Assembly (NCBI GenBank): GCA_945877865.1
Contig: CAMDVX010000001.1
Span: 18,728 to 82,727, forward strand
Source of the DNA: Bifidobacterium breve
GTDB lineage: Bacteria; Actinomycetota; Thermoleophilia; Gaiellales; F1-60-MAGs149
Length of the DNA stretch: 64,000 nt
Direction of reading: 5' to 3'
This document shows positions 53,773-63,268 of this stretch, in pieces. Numbering within the stretch: position 1 is the first letter of the stretch; each line of letters starts with the position of its first letter. The notes beneath the pieces were generated by a model, which made no database searches, was not told the DNA's origin, and worked only from the letters and a program-made list of their open reading frames with translations. Made by a program: the position numbers and the translations under genes.

Positions 53773-54504
53773 ATGCATAGATGCAAATGGCTCCCGCTGC
53801 CCGTCGTCGTCGTCCTCATGCTCGTGCTTGCGACCGGCTCGCTGGCTGCGACGACCACGGTCTACGTGGGCGGACCCGACGCTGATGGTCCGGCGGGACA
53901 CACGTTTGCCGAGGCGCACGTCACCATCTACGTCGGAGACTCGATCTCGTTCACGATGGCGGCGAACGCGGGAGCAGCTCCACACCTGGTGCAGTTCAAC
54001 CCTGCGAACCCGGCCGTGATCGCCAATTGCTGGGGGCCCGGTGGAAACTCCATGGTCGGGCGCGCACCCGCTCTATCGGCCTGTGAGCGGCAGTTTACCG
54101 TCGCTGGCGACTATCCCTACGCGTGCAACTGGCACGACTCGGGCGTCGGTGGAGAGAACATGCATGGCATCATCCACGTCGTGGCCAGAGCGGCTGCAGA
54201 TGCTGCGGCGCCACCAGCGGCGCTCGCCTTCACCGCCGCGGGGCTGGCGACCAATGGCGGCAGGGGAGGCGTGGGGGTTTCGCTGACGGCCTCAGGCGCG
54301 GGCTGGGTGACGGGGACCATCACCTCGAAGGTCAAGCAGAAGCCGAAGGTCCAGAGGATCAAGCGCTTTCGCGTCGCTGCGGGCACGCAGACGGTCAAGA
54401 TCAAGGTGGCGACGGGCGCTCCACCGAAGGGCGCGGCCACGATCAAGCTGATGCTGATGACGGACGATGGGCGGATGGCCAACCTCGCAATCGCCGTCAA
54501 GTAG
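53773..54504 (+). CDS. secreted cupredoxin (blue-copper) domain protein with C-terminal Ig-like extension
   Basis: Signal MHRCKWLPLPVVVVLMLVLATGSLAA. Candidate Cu ligands: APHLVQF (His), YACNWH (Cys, His), NMHG (Met). The start could also be the ATG at 53737. The track's 5' extension is just the translated tRNA fragment. Confidence 0.72.
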   Translation: MHRCKWLPLPVVVVLMLVLATGSLAATTTVYVGGPDADGPAGHTFAEAHVTIYVGDSISFTMAANAGAAPHLVQFNPANPAVIANCWGPGGNSMVGRAPALSACERQFTVAGDYPYACNWHDSGVGGENMHGIIHVVARAAADAAAPPAALAFTAAGLATNGGRGGVGVSLTASGAGWVTGTITSKVKQKPKVQRIKRFRVAAGTQTVKIKVATGAPPKGAATIKLMLMTDDGRMANLAIAVK

Positions 54505-54589
54505 GACGATGGGCGGGGCGATCGCTGCCATGACCACGGCAGGCTCTCGCCTGCCCGGCAACGCGCTGCAGCACTCGGTGACCCGCGGA

Positions 54590-54642
54590 AGGACCTGCGC
54601 CTGCCCGAGCCTCGTCGCAGGCTCGCACAGGGCGCAGGTCCT
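54590..54642. terminator. bidirectional hairpin between convergent genes
   Basis: aggacctgcgcc ... ggcgcaggtcct forms a 12-bp stem enclosing an inner gagcc/ggctc stem. It lies between the cupredoxin stop (54504) and the reductase stop (54678). Confidence 0.45.
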
Positions 54643-54677
54643 CCCGCAGCGCCGCCCACAGGGTGCTGCTGCACGCG

Positions 54678-56708
54678 CTAGATTCGGCGCCCCGAGCGAT
54701 GGCCTTCGTAGACGGCCTCGAAGGTTCCACGGGGGGCGATTGCGTCGCCGATCATCTCAACGCTGATGCCACGCTCCTTGAGGACGTGGTACAGCCGGTT
54801 CTCGGAGTAGCGGCCGGTGTTGAAGACGATCGCATCGGCTTCGAGGGTGGTGACGCGCTCGGGTGCGTAGACGTTGACGAGCTCGACGGTGCGTCCGTCG
54901 ATGCGGGTGCAGGCGTGGTCGGTAATCGTGGGGATGTTCGCCTTCGTCAGAGCCTCGCGCGTCCACAGGTAGTAGACCTCCGGCATCGTCTCCATCGCGA
55001 TCATCGGCCAGCGCGAGACGATCGTCACGTCGCAGCCCTCGCGGGCCAGCTTGACCGCGGTCATCGGGCCCGTGATGTCCTGCAGGTCGTCGATCACGAC
55101 GACCTTGCCCGCAGCCGTCGCCTTGCCATCGATGACGTCGTACCAGCTCATGCAGTTGCCAGTCTCCCAGCCGGCCACCGGGCTGACGGTCTGCCCGTTC
55201 CAGCCGTCGCGCCGATTGACGCAGCCGGTAGCGACGACGACGTGGTCGGGAGCCTCCGCAGCGAGGACCTCGTCCAGCCGGGCCTCGGTGACGTCGACCC
55301 CTGTGCGGATCTCCGCACCGTTCTTGCTCGCCTGTGCCGCCAGCCACGTCGCGATAAAGCCGAACTCCTCGCGATCTGGCAGGCCCGCCTGCACGCGGAC
55401 GTGCCCGCCGGTCTCCTGCTCGCGCTCGAGCACGGTGACGCCATGGCCACGGGCGGCCGCCACCCGGGCGAACTCAAGCGCCGCTGGGCCACCACCGATG
55501 ACGAGCACCTTCTTGGGGTCTGCGACCGGCGTCAGCGTCTCGCCATTCCACTGGCGCTCGCGCCCCTGCTCGGGGTTGTAGATGCACTGGACCCTGCCGC
55601 CTGCCGTCGCCGTGCGCCAGCAGTAGTTGGCGGCAACGCAGCGGCGGATGTCGTCCTCACGACCCTCCTTGACCTTCGTCACCCACTCCGCATCCGCGAA
55701 GAACTGACGGGCAAGCAGGATCGCATCGGCCTCGCCTGCCGCGAGGATCTCCTCGGCAATCGACGGGTTGGTGATGCGGCCGACGGCCAGCACGGGCTTC
55801 GTTGAGACCTGCTTGGCCGCGCGGGTGTACTCGCGCTCCCAGCCGGGCGGATAGGTCATCGGCGTATGAATGAACGAGTGGTGGACTCCTGCCGACACGC
55901 TGACGTAGTCGATGTCGGCGCTGTCTTGGATCGCCTCGATCACCTCGTTGAGATCCTTGGGCTCGAGGTCGCCATGCCAGAACGACGTGGAGTTGATGCG
56001 ATAGCCAATGAAGAGGTCATCGCCGCCCTGCTCGCGCATCGCCTTGAACGAATCGAGCGAGAACCGCAGGCGGTTCTCCAGCGACCCGCCCCAGCGATCC
56101 GTACGGTGGTTGTAGAGCGGCGACAGGAACTGCCACGGCAGGTAGCCATGCGCGAGGTGGTACTCGATGCCGTCGAGCCCGGCCTCGGCGGCCCGCCGAG
56201 CGGCAGAGCCGAACGAGTCGATGATGTCGGTGATCTCGTGGTCCTCAAGCTCCTTTGGCATCGGCGCGTTCGGCCACTCGCCCGGCGGCACCTGGCTCGG
56301 CGCGACGGTATGCCAGGCCGCGTCGAAGTCATAGGCCGAGTCCTTCTGGATCACGGCCATCGAGCGCATCCCGGGGTGGAGCAGCTGGACGGCAACCTTG
56401 CAGCCGTGGCGGTGGCACGCCTCACGAATCCGCGCCAGACCCTCGATCTGCCGATCGTCCCAGAGCCCGGGAAACAGCAGGTGCGCCAGCAAGGCATCCT
56501 GACGGATCACGTTGCTGCCGATGATGATGAGGCCGCACCCGTTGCGCGCGCGCTCCTCGTAGTAGGCGACGGCCTGATCGGTGAAGGACCCATCGACCGG
56601 GTTCGTCACCCACGTCGGACAGGTGGGAGCGAAGACAACGCGGTTCGAAATCGTCGTTCGGCGCAGCTGCCACTCGGAAAACAGCAGGGGATAATCGCTG
56701 GCGGCCAT
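54678..56708 (-). CDS. NADH:flavin oxidoreductase (OYE TIM-barrel) fused to an FAD/NAD(P)-binding domain, 2,4-dienoyl-CoA reductase-like
   Basis: 676 aa. N-terminal OYE-like barrel (ISNRVVFAPT..., HLAHGYLPWQFLSP..N.RTD.WGGSLENR). Cys cluster region. KKVLVIGGGPAALEFARVAAARGH Rossmann motif. Confidence 0.85.
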   Translation of the reverse strand: MAASDYPLLFSEWQLRRTTISNRVVFAPTCPTWVTNPVDGSFTDQAVAYYEERARNGCGLIIIGSNVIRQDALLAHLLFPGLWDDRQIEGLARIREACHRHGCKVAVQLLHPGMRSMAVIQKDSAYDFDAAWHTVAPSQVPPGEWPNAPMPKELEDHEITDIIDSFGSAARRAAEAGLDGIEYHLAHGYLPWQFLSPLYNHRTDRWGGSLENRLRFSLDSFKAMREQGGDDLFIGYRINSTSFWHGDLEPKDLNEVIEAIQDSADIDYVSVSAGVHHSFIHTPMTYPPGWEREYTRAAKQVSTKPVLAVGRITNPSIAEEILAAGEADAILLARQFFADAEWVTKVKEGREDDIRRCVAANYCWRTATAGGRVQCIYNPEQGRERQWNGETLTPVADPKKVLVIGGGPAALEFARVAAARGHGVTVLEREQETGGHVRVQAGLPDREEFGFIATWLAAQASKNGAEIRTGVDVTEARLDEVLAAEAPDHVVVATGCVNRRDGWNGQTVSPVAGWETGNCMSWYDVIDGKATAAGKVVVIDDLQDITGPMTAVKLAREGCDVTIVSRWPMIAMETMPEVYYLWTREALTKANIPTITDHACTRIDGRTVELVNVYAPERVTTLEADAIVFNTGRYSENRLYHVLKERGISVEMIGDAIAPRGTFEAVYEGHRSGRRI

Positions 56709-56925
56709 CGGTTCCTCTCAGGTGGATGCCTGATCGTCTCCAATTGGTCGGACCACGTCAAGTGCTGCGTCGGCAAATCCGACCGTGCGTGGCTCGTGGC
56801 TGGACCACCTGCGCCGCTGGCACGCCGCTGTGGGGCTCGCCGAGGAGTCCCGGCAGGGCGGCCAGCGGTCGGGCGGCCACTCCCTGCCGGGAATCACCCG
56901 TCAGCAACCCCACTAAACTAGAGGG

Positions 56926-58008
56926 ATGACCGCCACGACGCCCAGCGGCACCGCCGCCCGCAGCCATCGCATCGCCGCCATTCCGGGAGACGGGATTGGG
57001 GTGGAGGTCATGGCCTCCGCGCGCGAGGTCTTGGACGCACTGGCCCAGGTCGAAGGGTTCTCCATCGACTGGGTCGACTACCCGTGGGGCTGCGACCACT
57101 ACGTCGCAACGGGGCTGATGATGGACGCTGATGGCATCGAGCGGCTCGCCGACTCTGATGCCATTCTGCTCGGCGCCGTCGGCCGGCCCGACGTGCCAGA
57201 TCACGTATCGCTGTGGGGCCTGCTGATTCCGATTCGTCGGCACTTCGACCAGTACGTGTGCCTGCGGCCCGCGCGGCTGCTGGAGGGGATCACCAGCCCG
57301 CTGGCCGAGGGTCGCGGGGCGATCGATCTCGTCATCGTGCGCGAGAACTCGGAGGGGGAGTACAGCGAGGTCGGCGGCCGCTTTCATCAGGGGCAGCCGA
57401 GCGAAATGGCGGTGCAGCAGGCGATCTTCACGCGCCCTGGCGTCGAGCGGATCGCCCGCTACGCCTTCGACCTCGCCCGCACGCGCAGCGGCCGCCTCGC
57501 ATCGGCGACCAAGTCGAACGGCATCGTCCACACGCTCCCCTTCTGGGACGAGGTGGTCGAGGAGGTCGCGGCCGAGTATCCAGACGTCGCGTACGCCAAG
57601 TACCACGTCGATGCGCTCGCAGCCCTGCTCGTGCTGGATCCGGCGCGGTTCGACGTGATCGTCGGCTCGAACCTCTTTGGCGACATCCTGTCGGACATCG
57701 CCGCGGCCCTCGCGGGGAGCATTGGCATCGCGCCGTCTGGCAACATCGACCCGTCGGGGAGGTACCCGTCGATGTTCGAGCCCGTGCACGGGTCGGCGCC
57801 CGACATCGTCGGTCAAGGCATCGCCAATCCGCTTGGCCAGCTCTGGTCGTCGGCAATGATGCTCGAGCACCTTGGCGAGGCCGCCGCTGCTACGCGGCTG
57901 CTCGCTGCCATTGAGCAGGTCGTCGCTGCCGGCACCATTACGCCGGACCTTGGTGGTGCTCACTCGACCGTAGACGTCACCCGCGCGGTCATCGCGACGT
58001 TCGCGTAG
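56926..58008 (+). CDS. tartrate dehydrogenase/decarboxylase-like (isopropylmalate/isocitrate dehydrogenase family)
   Basis: IAAIPGDGIGVEV, DAILLGAVGRPDVPDHVSLWGLLIPIRR.FDQYVCLRP, VRENSEGEYS and NLFGDILSD are family motifs. Confidence 0.82.
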   Translation: MTATTPSGTAARSHRIAAIPGDGIGVEVMASAREVLDALAQVEGFSIDWVDYPWGCDHYVATGLMMDADGIERLADSDAILLGAVGRPDVPDHVSLWGLLIPIRRHFDQYVCLRPARLLEGITSPLAEGRGAIDLVIVRENSEGEYSEVGGRFHQGQPSEMAVQQAIFTRPGVERIARYAFDLARTRSGRLASATKSNGIVHTLPFWDEVVEEVAAEYPDVAYAKYHVDALAALLVLDPARFDVIVGSNLFGDILSDIAAALAGSIGIAPSGNIDPSGRYPSMFEPVHGSAPDIVGQGIANPLGQLWSSAMMLEHLGEAAAATRLLAAIEQVVAAGTITPDLGGAHSTVDVTRAVIATFA

Positions 58009-58017
58009 CGCCTCCGG

Positions 58018-58881
58018 CTAGCCCAGCTCGAGGGCAGCGGCGACGGCTGCCAGCACCTCGAGATGCGCCGAGACCGGACCGAGCTTCGAGCCCATCGTGT
58101 TGATGGCGATGTGCGTCGCGCCGACGGCGCGCCACTGCTCGGCCTCGGTGCGGACGTGGTCGAGGTCGCCGCGCCAGGTGATGCGCCCCTCCAGCCCGAT
58201 TACCGCTGGATCACGGCCGGCCTCAACCGCGGCCGCGGCGATCGTGGCCATCGCCGTATCCAGCTCGGGCCCTGGCGTCATCATCGGAAACCAGCCGTCG
58301 GCGAGGCGGCCCATCCTGCGCAGAGCAGGCACCGATGCGCCGCCAAACCAGATCGGGATCGGTCGCTGAATCGGGAGGGGAGCGATGCCGGCGCCGGTGA
58401 TGCGATCGAACCGGCCCTCGAACGTGACGGAGCGCTCAGTCCAGAGACGGCGCAGGAGCAGCACCTGCTCATCGGCGCGCTTGCCGCGCGTGGCGAAGTC
58501 TTGACCCAGCGCCTCAAACTCAACGCGGTTCCAGCCGAGCCCGACGCCGAAGCGAAAGCGCCCCTCGGTCAGCAGATCAAGCTCTGCCGCCTGCTTTGCG
58601 ACGAGCGCGGTCTGCCGCTGGGGCAGGATGATGATGCCGGGGACGAGCTCCAGCCGGGTGATGCCGGCCAGAAAGCCAAACATCACCATCGGCTCGTGAA
58701 ACGTCGAGTCGATGTCGTACGGTCCCGTCCAGTTCTCGTGAACCGTGGTGTCAGCACCAACGACGTGGTCGTAGGCGACGATGTGGCGATAGCCGAGCTG
58801 CTCTACGCCGACGGCGTAGGCGCGGAGGTCGGCGACGGCTCCGCCAAGCTCGGTCTGGGGTAGCACGGCTCCAATGCGCAT
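58018..58881 (-). CDS. LLM-class (luciferase-like) F420/flavin-dependent oxidoreductase
   Basis: Trimmed to MRIGAVLPQTELGG.... FGVGLGWNRVEFEALG and RLADGWFP are patterns of the LLM family. The track's upstream 152 aa are Arg-rich and overlap the divergent promoter region. Confidence 0.78.
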   Translation of the reverse strand: MRIGAVLPQTELGGAVADLRAYAVGVEQLGYRHIVAYDHVVGADTTVHENWTGPYDIDSTFHEPMVMFGFLAGITRLELVPGIIILPQRQTALVAKQAAELDLLTEGRFRFGVGLGWNRVEFEALGQDFATRGKRADEQVLLLRRLWTERSVTFEGRFDRITGAGIAPLPIQRPIPIWFGGASVPALRRMGRLADGWFPMMTPGPELDTAMATIAAAAVEAGRDPAVIGLEGRITWRGDLDHVRTEAEQWRAVGATHIAINTMGSKLGPVSAHLEVLAAVAAALELG

Positions 58882-58974
58882 GTGGCTCCTCTTCGCCGCT
58901 GGCTGAGGCCAACGCACGCTCGCGAGCAGCGTAGCCGACGCGATGGCCCTGCTGCGACCACGCTGGGCTAGGGT

Positions 58975-60609
58975 TTGTCTGCATCCGAGGAGGCGCTCTT
59001 GGCAACCTGTGGCGAAGCGGCGATCCGCCTGCTTGAGCAGTACGACGTTGACACGATCTTCGGAATCCCCGGCGTGCATACGCTGGAGTACTACCGTGGG
59101 CTTGCGGACTCGCCGATTCGGCACGTCACGCCGCGGCACGAGCAGGGCGCGGGCTACATGGCGCTCGGCTATGCGCGCGTGACAGGCAAGCCTGGCGTCT
59201 GCTGCCTGATCACCGGGGCCGGTCTGACGAATGCGGCGACAGCAATCGCCACTGCGCACCACGACTCGCTGCCGCTGCTGATCATCTCGAGCGGCACCGC
59301 CATTGAGGATGCCGAGCAGGGGCATGGATCGCTGCACGACCTTCCGGATCAGCCGGCGTTCATGTCCACGATCTGCGCCGTCTCAATCGACGTCCGCGAC
59401 CCGTCCGAGCTGCCCGAGGCCTTCGCCACGGCGTTCGAGCTGTTCGCCTCGGAGCGCCCGCGGCCCGTGCACATCAGCGTGCCGATCGACATTCTGTCCC
59501 TGCCTGCCGCCGGCGACCAGCGCCTGCCCGAGCGAGCGATCCGCCCTCTGCCTGACGCAGCGCTCCTCGCGCGGGCTGCTGAGGTGCTCGCAGGTGCCGT
59601 CCGCCCGATGGTGCTCCTCGGTGGTGGCACGACGGGTGCTCAGACCGAGGCCATTGCGTTCGTGGAGCGCCTCGGCGCTCCCGTCGCCATGACCATCGCG
59701 GCCAAGGGCGTGGTTCCCGATGGTCATCCGCTCGCGCTCGGCACCACCGCGACGATCTCACCGATCTTCGAAGCGCTTGAGCAGGCCGACGTGGTTGTCG
59801 CCGTTGGCACCGAGTTCTCGGAGACCGATTACTTCTACTCGCCGACGCTGGCCCCGCCAGCTTTCGGTGGCACGCTGATCCGCATCGACATCGACCCGGA
59901 GCAGCTCGATAAGCGCCGCGCGGCAACGATCGGACTGCACGGCGATGCCGCCCTCACGCTGGCAGCGTTGACGACGGAGCTCACAGCTCGCGGCAGCCAA
60001 GGCGCTGGGGATGAGCGCGCGGCTGCGCTGCGTGCTGCCAATGCTTGGTGGCCCGGGGTCGAGGAGTTCCAGCCGTTTCTCGCAGCGCTTGCGGCCGCGC
60101 TCCCCGCGGATGGCGTGCTCGCAGTCGACTCAACGCAGCCCGTCTACGCGGCCGCGCACCTCTGGCGTGGCCTGCGACCAAACGCGTACCTCCCGTACGG
60201 CGGCTTCGGCACCCTCGGGCCCGCGCTGCCGATGGCGATCGGGGCCAAGCTCGGGGCGCCCGAGCGGCCCGTGATGGCGCTGGCCGGTGACGGCGGCTTC
60301 CTGTTCACGATCCAAGAGCTCGCAACGGCTGTCGACCTCGGACTGCCCTTGGCAATCGTGGTGTGGCAGAACCACGGCTACGGTGAGATCAAGGACTCGA
60401 TGGAGCGCGTCAACGTGCCACCCGTTGGCGTCGACACGTCCGCCCGCGATTTCCTGAAGATCGCCGAGGGCTTTGGCTGCCGCGCGGTCCGCGCGGAGTC
60501 GCTGGACGCGCTCGGCGGGCTGGTCGCGGAGGCGTTTGCTGCCGACCGACCGACGCTGATCGAGGTCGTGGCCGATCGGGTCGCGCCAGCGGCGCTGCCA
60601 GTGCGGTGA
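58975..60609 (+). CDS. thiamine-diphosphate-dependent enzyme (acetolactate-synthase superfamily; 5-guanidino-2-oxopentanoate decarboxylase-like)
   Basis: IFGIPGVHTLEYYRGL....IRHVTPRHEQGAGYMALGYARVTGKPGVC.ITGAGLTNA and the ThDP motif GDGGFLFT.QELAT. 544 aa. Confidence 0.82.
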   Translation: MSASEEALLATCGEAAIRLLEQYDVDTIFGIPGVHTLEYYRGLADSPIRHVTPRHEQGAGYMALGYARVTGKPGVCCLITGAGLTNAATAIATAHHDSLPLLIISSGTAIEDAEQGHGSLHDLPDQPAFMSTICAVSIDVRDPSELPEAFATAFELFASERPRPVHISVPIDILSLPAAGDQRLPERAIRPLPDAALLARAAEVLAGAVRPMVLLGGGTTGAQTEAIAFVERLGAPVAMTIAAKGVVPDGHPLALGTTATISPIFEALEQADVVVAVGTEFSETDYFYSPTLAPPAFGGTLIRIDIDPEQLDKRRAATIGLHGDAALTLAALTTELTARGSQGAGDERAAALRAANAWWPGVEEFQPFLAALAAALPADGVLAVDSTQPVYAAAHLWRGLRPNAYLPYGGFGTLGPALPMAIGAKLGAPERPVMALAGDGGFLFTIQELATAVDLGLPLAIVVWQNHGYGEIKDSMERVNVPPVGVDTSARDFLKIAEGFGCRAVRAESLDALGGLVAEAFAADRPTLIEVVADRVAPAALPVR

Positions 60610-61388
60610 GCGGGCGCCTGCTGCTGCCTCGCGTGCTGCTCGGCCTGGTGGCCCTGCTCGCCTTCGGCGCGGGCCAGGCCGCGGCCGCGCCCACTGCCGC
60701 GTGGACGCTGATTGCCACGCGGCCGCACGACGCGACGGCGTTCACCGAGGGGCTCGTTGCCGATCGGGGAGACCTGCTGGAGAGCACGGGCCTCAACGGG
60801 CAGTCAGCCGTGCGGCGCCTAGACGCCCGCACTGGTGCCATCCTTGCCACGACGGCGCTCTCGCCGAGCGAGTTTGGCGAGGGCCTGACGGTGCTTGGCG
60901 GCAGCGCCATTCAGCTGACGTGGACCCAGCACCTGCTCCACGTCTATGACCCGACGACCCTGGCGTTGATCCGCACGCGCCGCTATCGCTTCGATGGCTG
61001 GGGGCTCACCACGAATGGGCGGCAGCTGATTGCGAGCGACGGCTCGTCCACCCTGCGGTGGCTCGACCCGGTATCGCTGCGCGTCGTCCGGCGCGTCACG
61101 GTCAGAGACGGTGCACGGCCCGTGGTCGACCTCAACGAGCTGGAGTACCGTCACGGCGTGATCTGGGCGAACGTCTGGCACTCGGACCGCATCGCGCTGA
61201 TCGACCCGGCGTCGGGGCGCGTGCGCGCCTGGGTCGATCTACGGTCGCTGCGGCGCCGCCTCAGCACGCCCGGCGAGGTGCTCAACGGCATTGCGCGCGA
61301 CCCCGTCACGGGGCAGATCGCGGTGACCGGAAAGCTCTGGTCGGAGCTCTTCGTGATCCGTCTCGTCGACGGCGTGCCTGCGGCCTAG
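60606..61388 (+). CDS. glutaminyl-peptide cyclotransferase (bacterial/plant beta-propeller type), secreted
   Basis: GTG start in a GTGA overlap with the upstream stop. Signal LLLPRVLLGLVALLAFGAGQAAA. HD..AFTEGL......LLESTGLNGQS, FGEGLT, DGWGLT, LNELEY..G.IWANVW and LNGIA.D matches. Confidence 0.83.
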   Translation: MSGRLLLPRVLLGLVALLAFGAGQAAAAPTAAWTLIATRPHDATAFTEGLVADRGDLLESTGLNGQSAVRRLDARTGAILATTALSPSEFGEGLTVLGGSAIQLTWTQHLLHVYDPTTLALIRTRRYRFDGWGLTTNGRQLIASDGSSTLRWLDPVSLRVVRRVTVRDGARPVVDLNELEYRHGVIWANVWHSDRIALIDPASGRVRAWVDLRSLRRRLSTPGEVLNGIARDPVTGQIAVTGKLWSELFVIRLVDGVPAA

Positions 61389-61436
61389 GTGGTCAGCACA
61401 CCGGCTCAGGCGTGCTGACCACCTACGGCTCCTCGC

Positions 61437-61856
61437 CTACGCCAGCTCGAAGCGGATCGGCAACGCACCAACCTGCAGCGTGCTGGCGCCGAGGGCGTGC
61501 AGCTGCTCCAGGCCGTCGACGATCGTCAGGAAGTGGTTGCCTGCCAGCGGCCCGGCCTTCGAGGCGAAGCTGCAGGGCCCGTACGGAAACAGCAGCTCGC
61601 ACTCAGAGATCCCGCCGGGATACCAGAGGATCTCACCCGGCGACGGGTAGGAGGTGGCGTCCTCGAATGGCACGCCGAGATCGAAGTCGCCGAGTGGAAT
61701 CCAGCACGACTCACCGCTCCAGCGCACGTGGATCATGCGGTTCTCGTAGGGCAGCAGGCTCAGAAACGCCGCGCAGGTCTTCGGTGCGCGCTCCTGCTCT
61801 AGGCGCGCCGTAAACGCGGTCTTGCCGCTCGTGATGCGGATCAGCTGCTCGGCCAT
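61437..61856 (-). CDS. DUF3830-family (cyclophilin-like fold) protein
   Basis: Trimmed to MAEQLIRITSGKTAFTARLEQERAPKTCAAF.... Family assignment is from memory of the DUF3830 N-terminal pattern. Confidence 0.6.
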   Translation of the reverse strand: MAEQLIRITSGKTAFTARLEQERAPKTCAAFLSLLPYENRMIHVRWSGESCWIPLGDFDLGVPFEDATSYPSPGEILWYPGGISECELLFPYGPCSFASKAGPLAGNHFLTIVDGLEQLHALGASTLQVGALPIRFELA

Positions 61857-61952
61857 CTCGTGTCTCCTCGGGGATTGCGTGAGGAAAGTCTGCCGGACCG
61901 CACGCGCGTGGGAAGCATGTCCATGCGGACCTCTGCCACGATGGGAGCCACG

Positions 61953-62519
61953 ATGGCGCGCCTGCCCGATCCCAGCCAGCACGAGCTCTCGCCACGGTCG
62001 CGCGAGGTGCTCGACGCGCTACCGCCAAATAACGTGTTTCGCACGCTGGCCCACGCTGACGCCGCGTTTCCTCCGCTGATGGCGCTGACTGCGAGCCTGT
62101 GGAACGACGCGGTGCTGAGCCAGCGCCACCGCGAGCTCGCGATCCTCCGCACCGCGCGCCTCGTGGATTCTGCCTACGAGTGGATGCACCACATCGAGGT
62201 AGCGCGCATGGTCGGCATCAGCGAGGACGAGCTTGACGCCATCGACGTTGGCAGGCTCGAGCTCGCTGCGTTCGGCACGGCTGATCGGCTGCTGCTCGCT
62301 GCCGTGCCCGACATCCTCGCCCACCGTCGCTCCGACGACGCGGTGTTTGCCGAGCTGAGCCGCTGCTTCAGCAGGCGCGAGCTCGTCGAGCTGCACCTCG
62401 TCGTCGGTCTGTACGCGACCATCGCAGGTGTCGTTGCGGACTTCGACGTGGAGCACGACGCACGGTCTGGCGCCTTCGATCTTGAGCACGACGATCGCGG
62501 GCCGCGGCTCGGCGGCTAG
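61953..62519 (+). CDS. carboxymuconolactone decarboxylase (AhpD-like) family protein
   Basis: RELAILRTARLVDSAYEWMHHIEVARMVGIS is typical of CMD-family proteins. The start is uncertain: candidate starts also occur at 61860, 61917 and 61941. Confidence 0.7.
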   Translation: MARLPDPSQHELSPRSREVLDALPPNNVFRTLAHADAAFPPLMALTASLWNDAVLSQRHRELAILRTARLVDSAYEWMHHIEVARMVGISEDELDAIDVGRLELAAFGTADRLLLAAVPDILAHRRSDDAVFAELSRCFSRRELVELHLVVGLYATIAGVVADFDVEHDARSGAFDLEHDDRGPRLGG

Positions 62520-62534
62520 CGGCTGCGCAGCGAT

Positions 62535-63188
62535 CTACAGCGCGCGCGTCAGCCGCTCGACGGTCTTGCCGCGACCGATGATGACCTCGTGCACCATCGA
62601 CGCGGGAAAGATCCCGTGCTCGACGACCCCGGGGACGCTGCTGAGCCAGACGGCAAGGCGCTCAGGGTCGGCGGCGCTGCCCGTGTAGTCGGCGATCACG
62701 CCGCCGTCGGGGCTGCGCGGCACGTCACGGAGCGTCACGTGGCCGATCCGCTTGAGGGTTGCGGCTAGCCCGAACGGCAGGAGCTCAAGCGGAATGGGCG
62801 TCGCGATCTCGGCGACGAGCTTGGACGAGTCGGCGATCACGACGAAGCGATCGGCCGCCGCGGCAATGATCTTCTCGCGGGTCTGGGCGGCCCCACCGCC
62901 CTTGACGAGCCAGTGGTCCGGCGCGATCTGGTCTGCACCATCGATGGCGAGGTCGAGCCGGTCCACCTCGTCGGCGCTCTCCACGGCGAGACCGAGCGCA
63001 CGAGCGGCCTCCTCGGTGGCGGCAGAGGTGGCAACGCAGCGAATATCGAGCTTGCGCTTCGCGATGGCTGGCAGCAAGAACGCGACCGTCGAGCCGGTGC
63101 CGAGCCCGACGATCATGCCGTCTTCGATCAGCAGCGCGGCGGCCTCAGCCGCGGCCTTCTTCTCCGTGTCTTGGCTCATAGGCGGCAC
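62535..63188 (-). CDS. rpiA: ribose-5-phosphate isomerase A
   Basis: Motifs GMIVGLGTGSTVAF, IDGADQI and KGGGAAQTREKI..AAADRFVVIADSSK. Confidence 0.9.
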   Translation of the reverse strand: MPPMSQDTEKKAAAEAAALLIEDGMIVGLGTGSTVAFLLPAIAKRKLDIRCVATSAATEEAARALGLAVESADEVDRLDLAIDGADQIAPDHWLVKGGGAAQTREKIIAAAADRFVVIADSSKLVAEIATPIPLELLPFGLAATLKRIGHVTLRDVPRSPDGGVIADYTGSAADPERLAVWLSSVPGVVEHGIFPASMVHEVIIGRGKTVERLTRAL

Positions 63189-63268
63189 CGTAGCGGCAGC
63201 GGCGGGATCACGGGCGGGGCGGGCTCGGAGATCGCCGCTCGGGTCGCGCCGACGACGGTGCTGCGGCC

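Noticed and set aside
54663-57963. Long ORFs 54663-55805(+), 55866-56921(+) and 56758-57963(-)
   Set aside because: They are antisense to the OYE/FAD reductase and to the tartrate-dehydrogenase-like gene. Both of those carry unambiguous motifs, while the shadow ORFs are Arg/Asp/Gly-rich.
58018-59337. 439-aa ORF for the LLM oxidoreductase
   Set aside because: The N-terminal 152 aa are Arg-rich and overlap the divergent ThDP-enzyme gene start. The family-typical start MRIGAVLP is at 58881.
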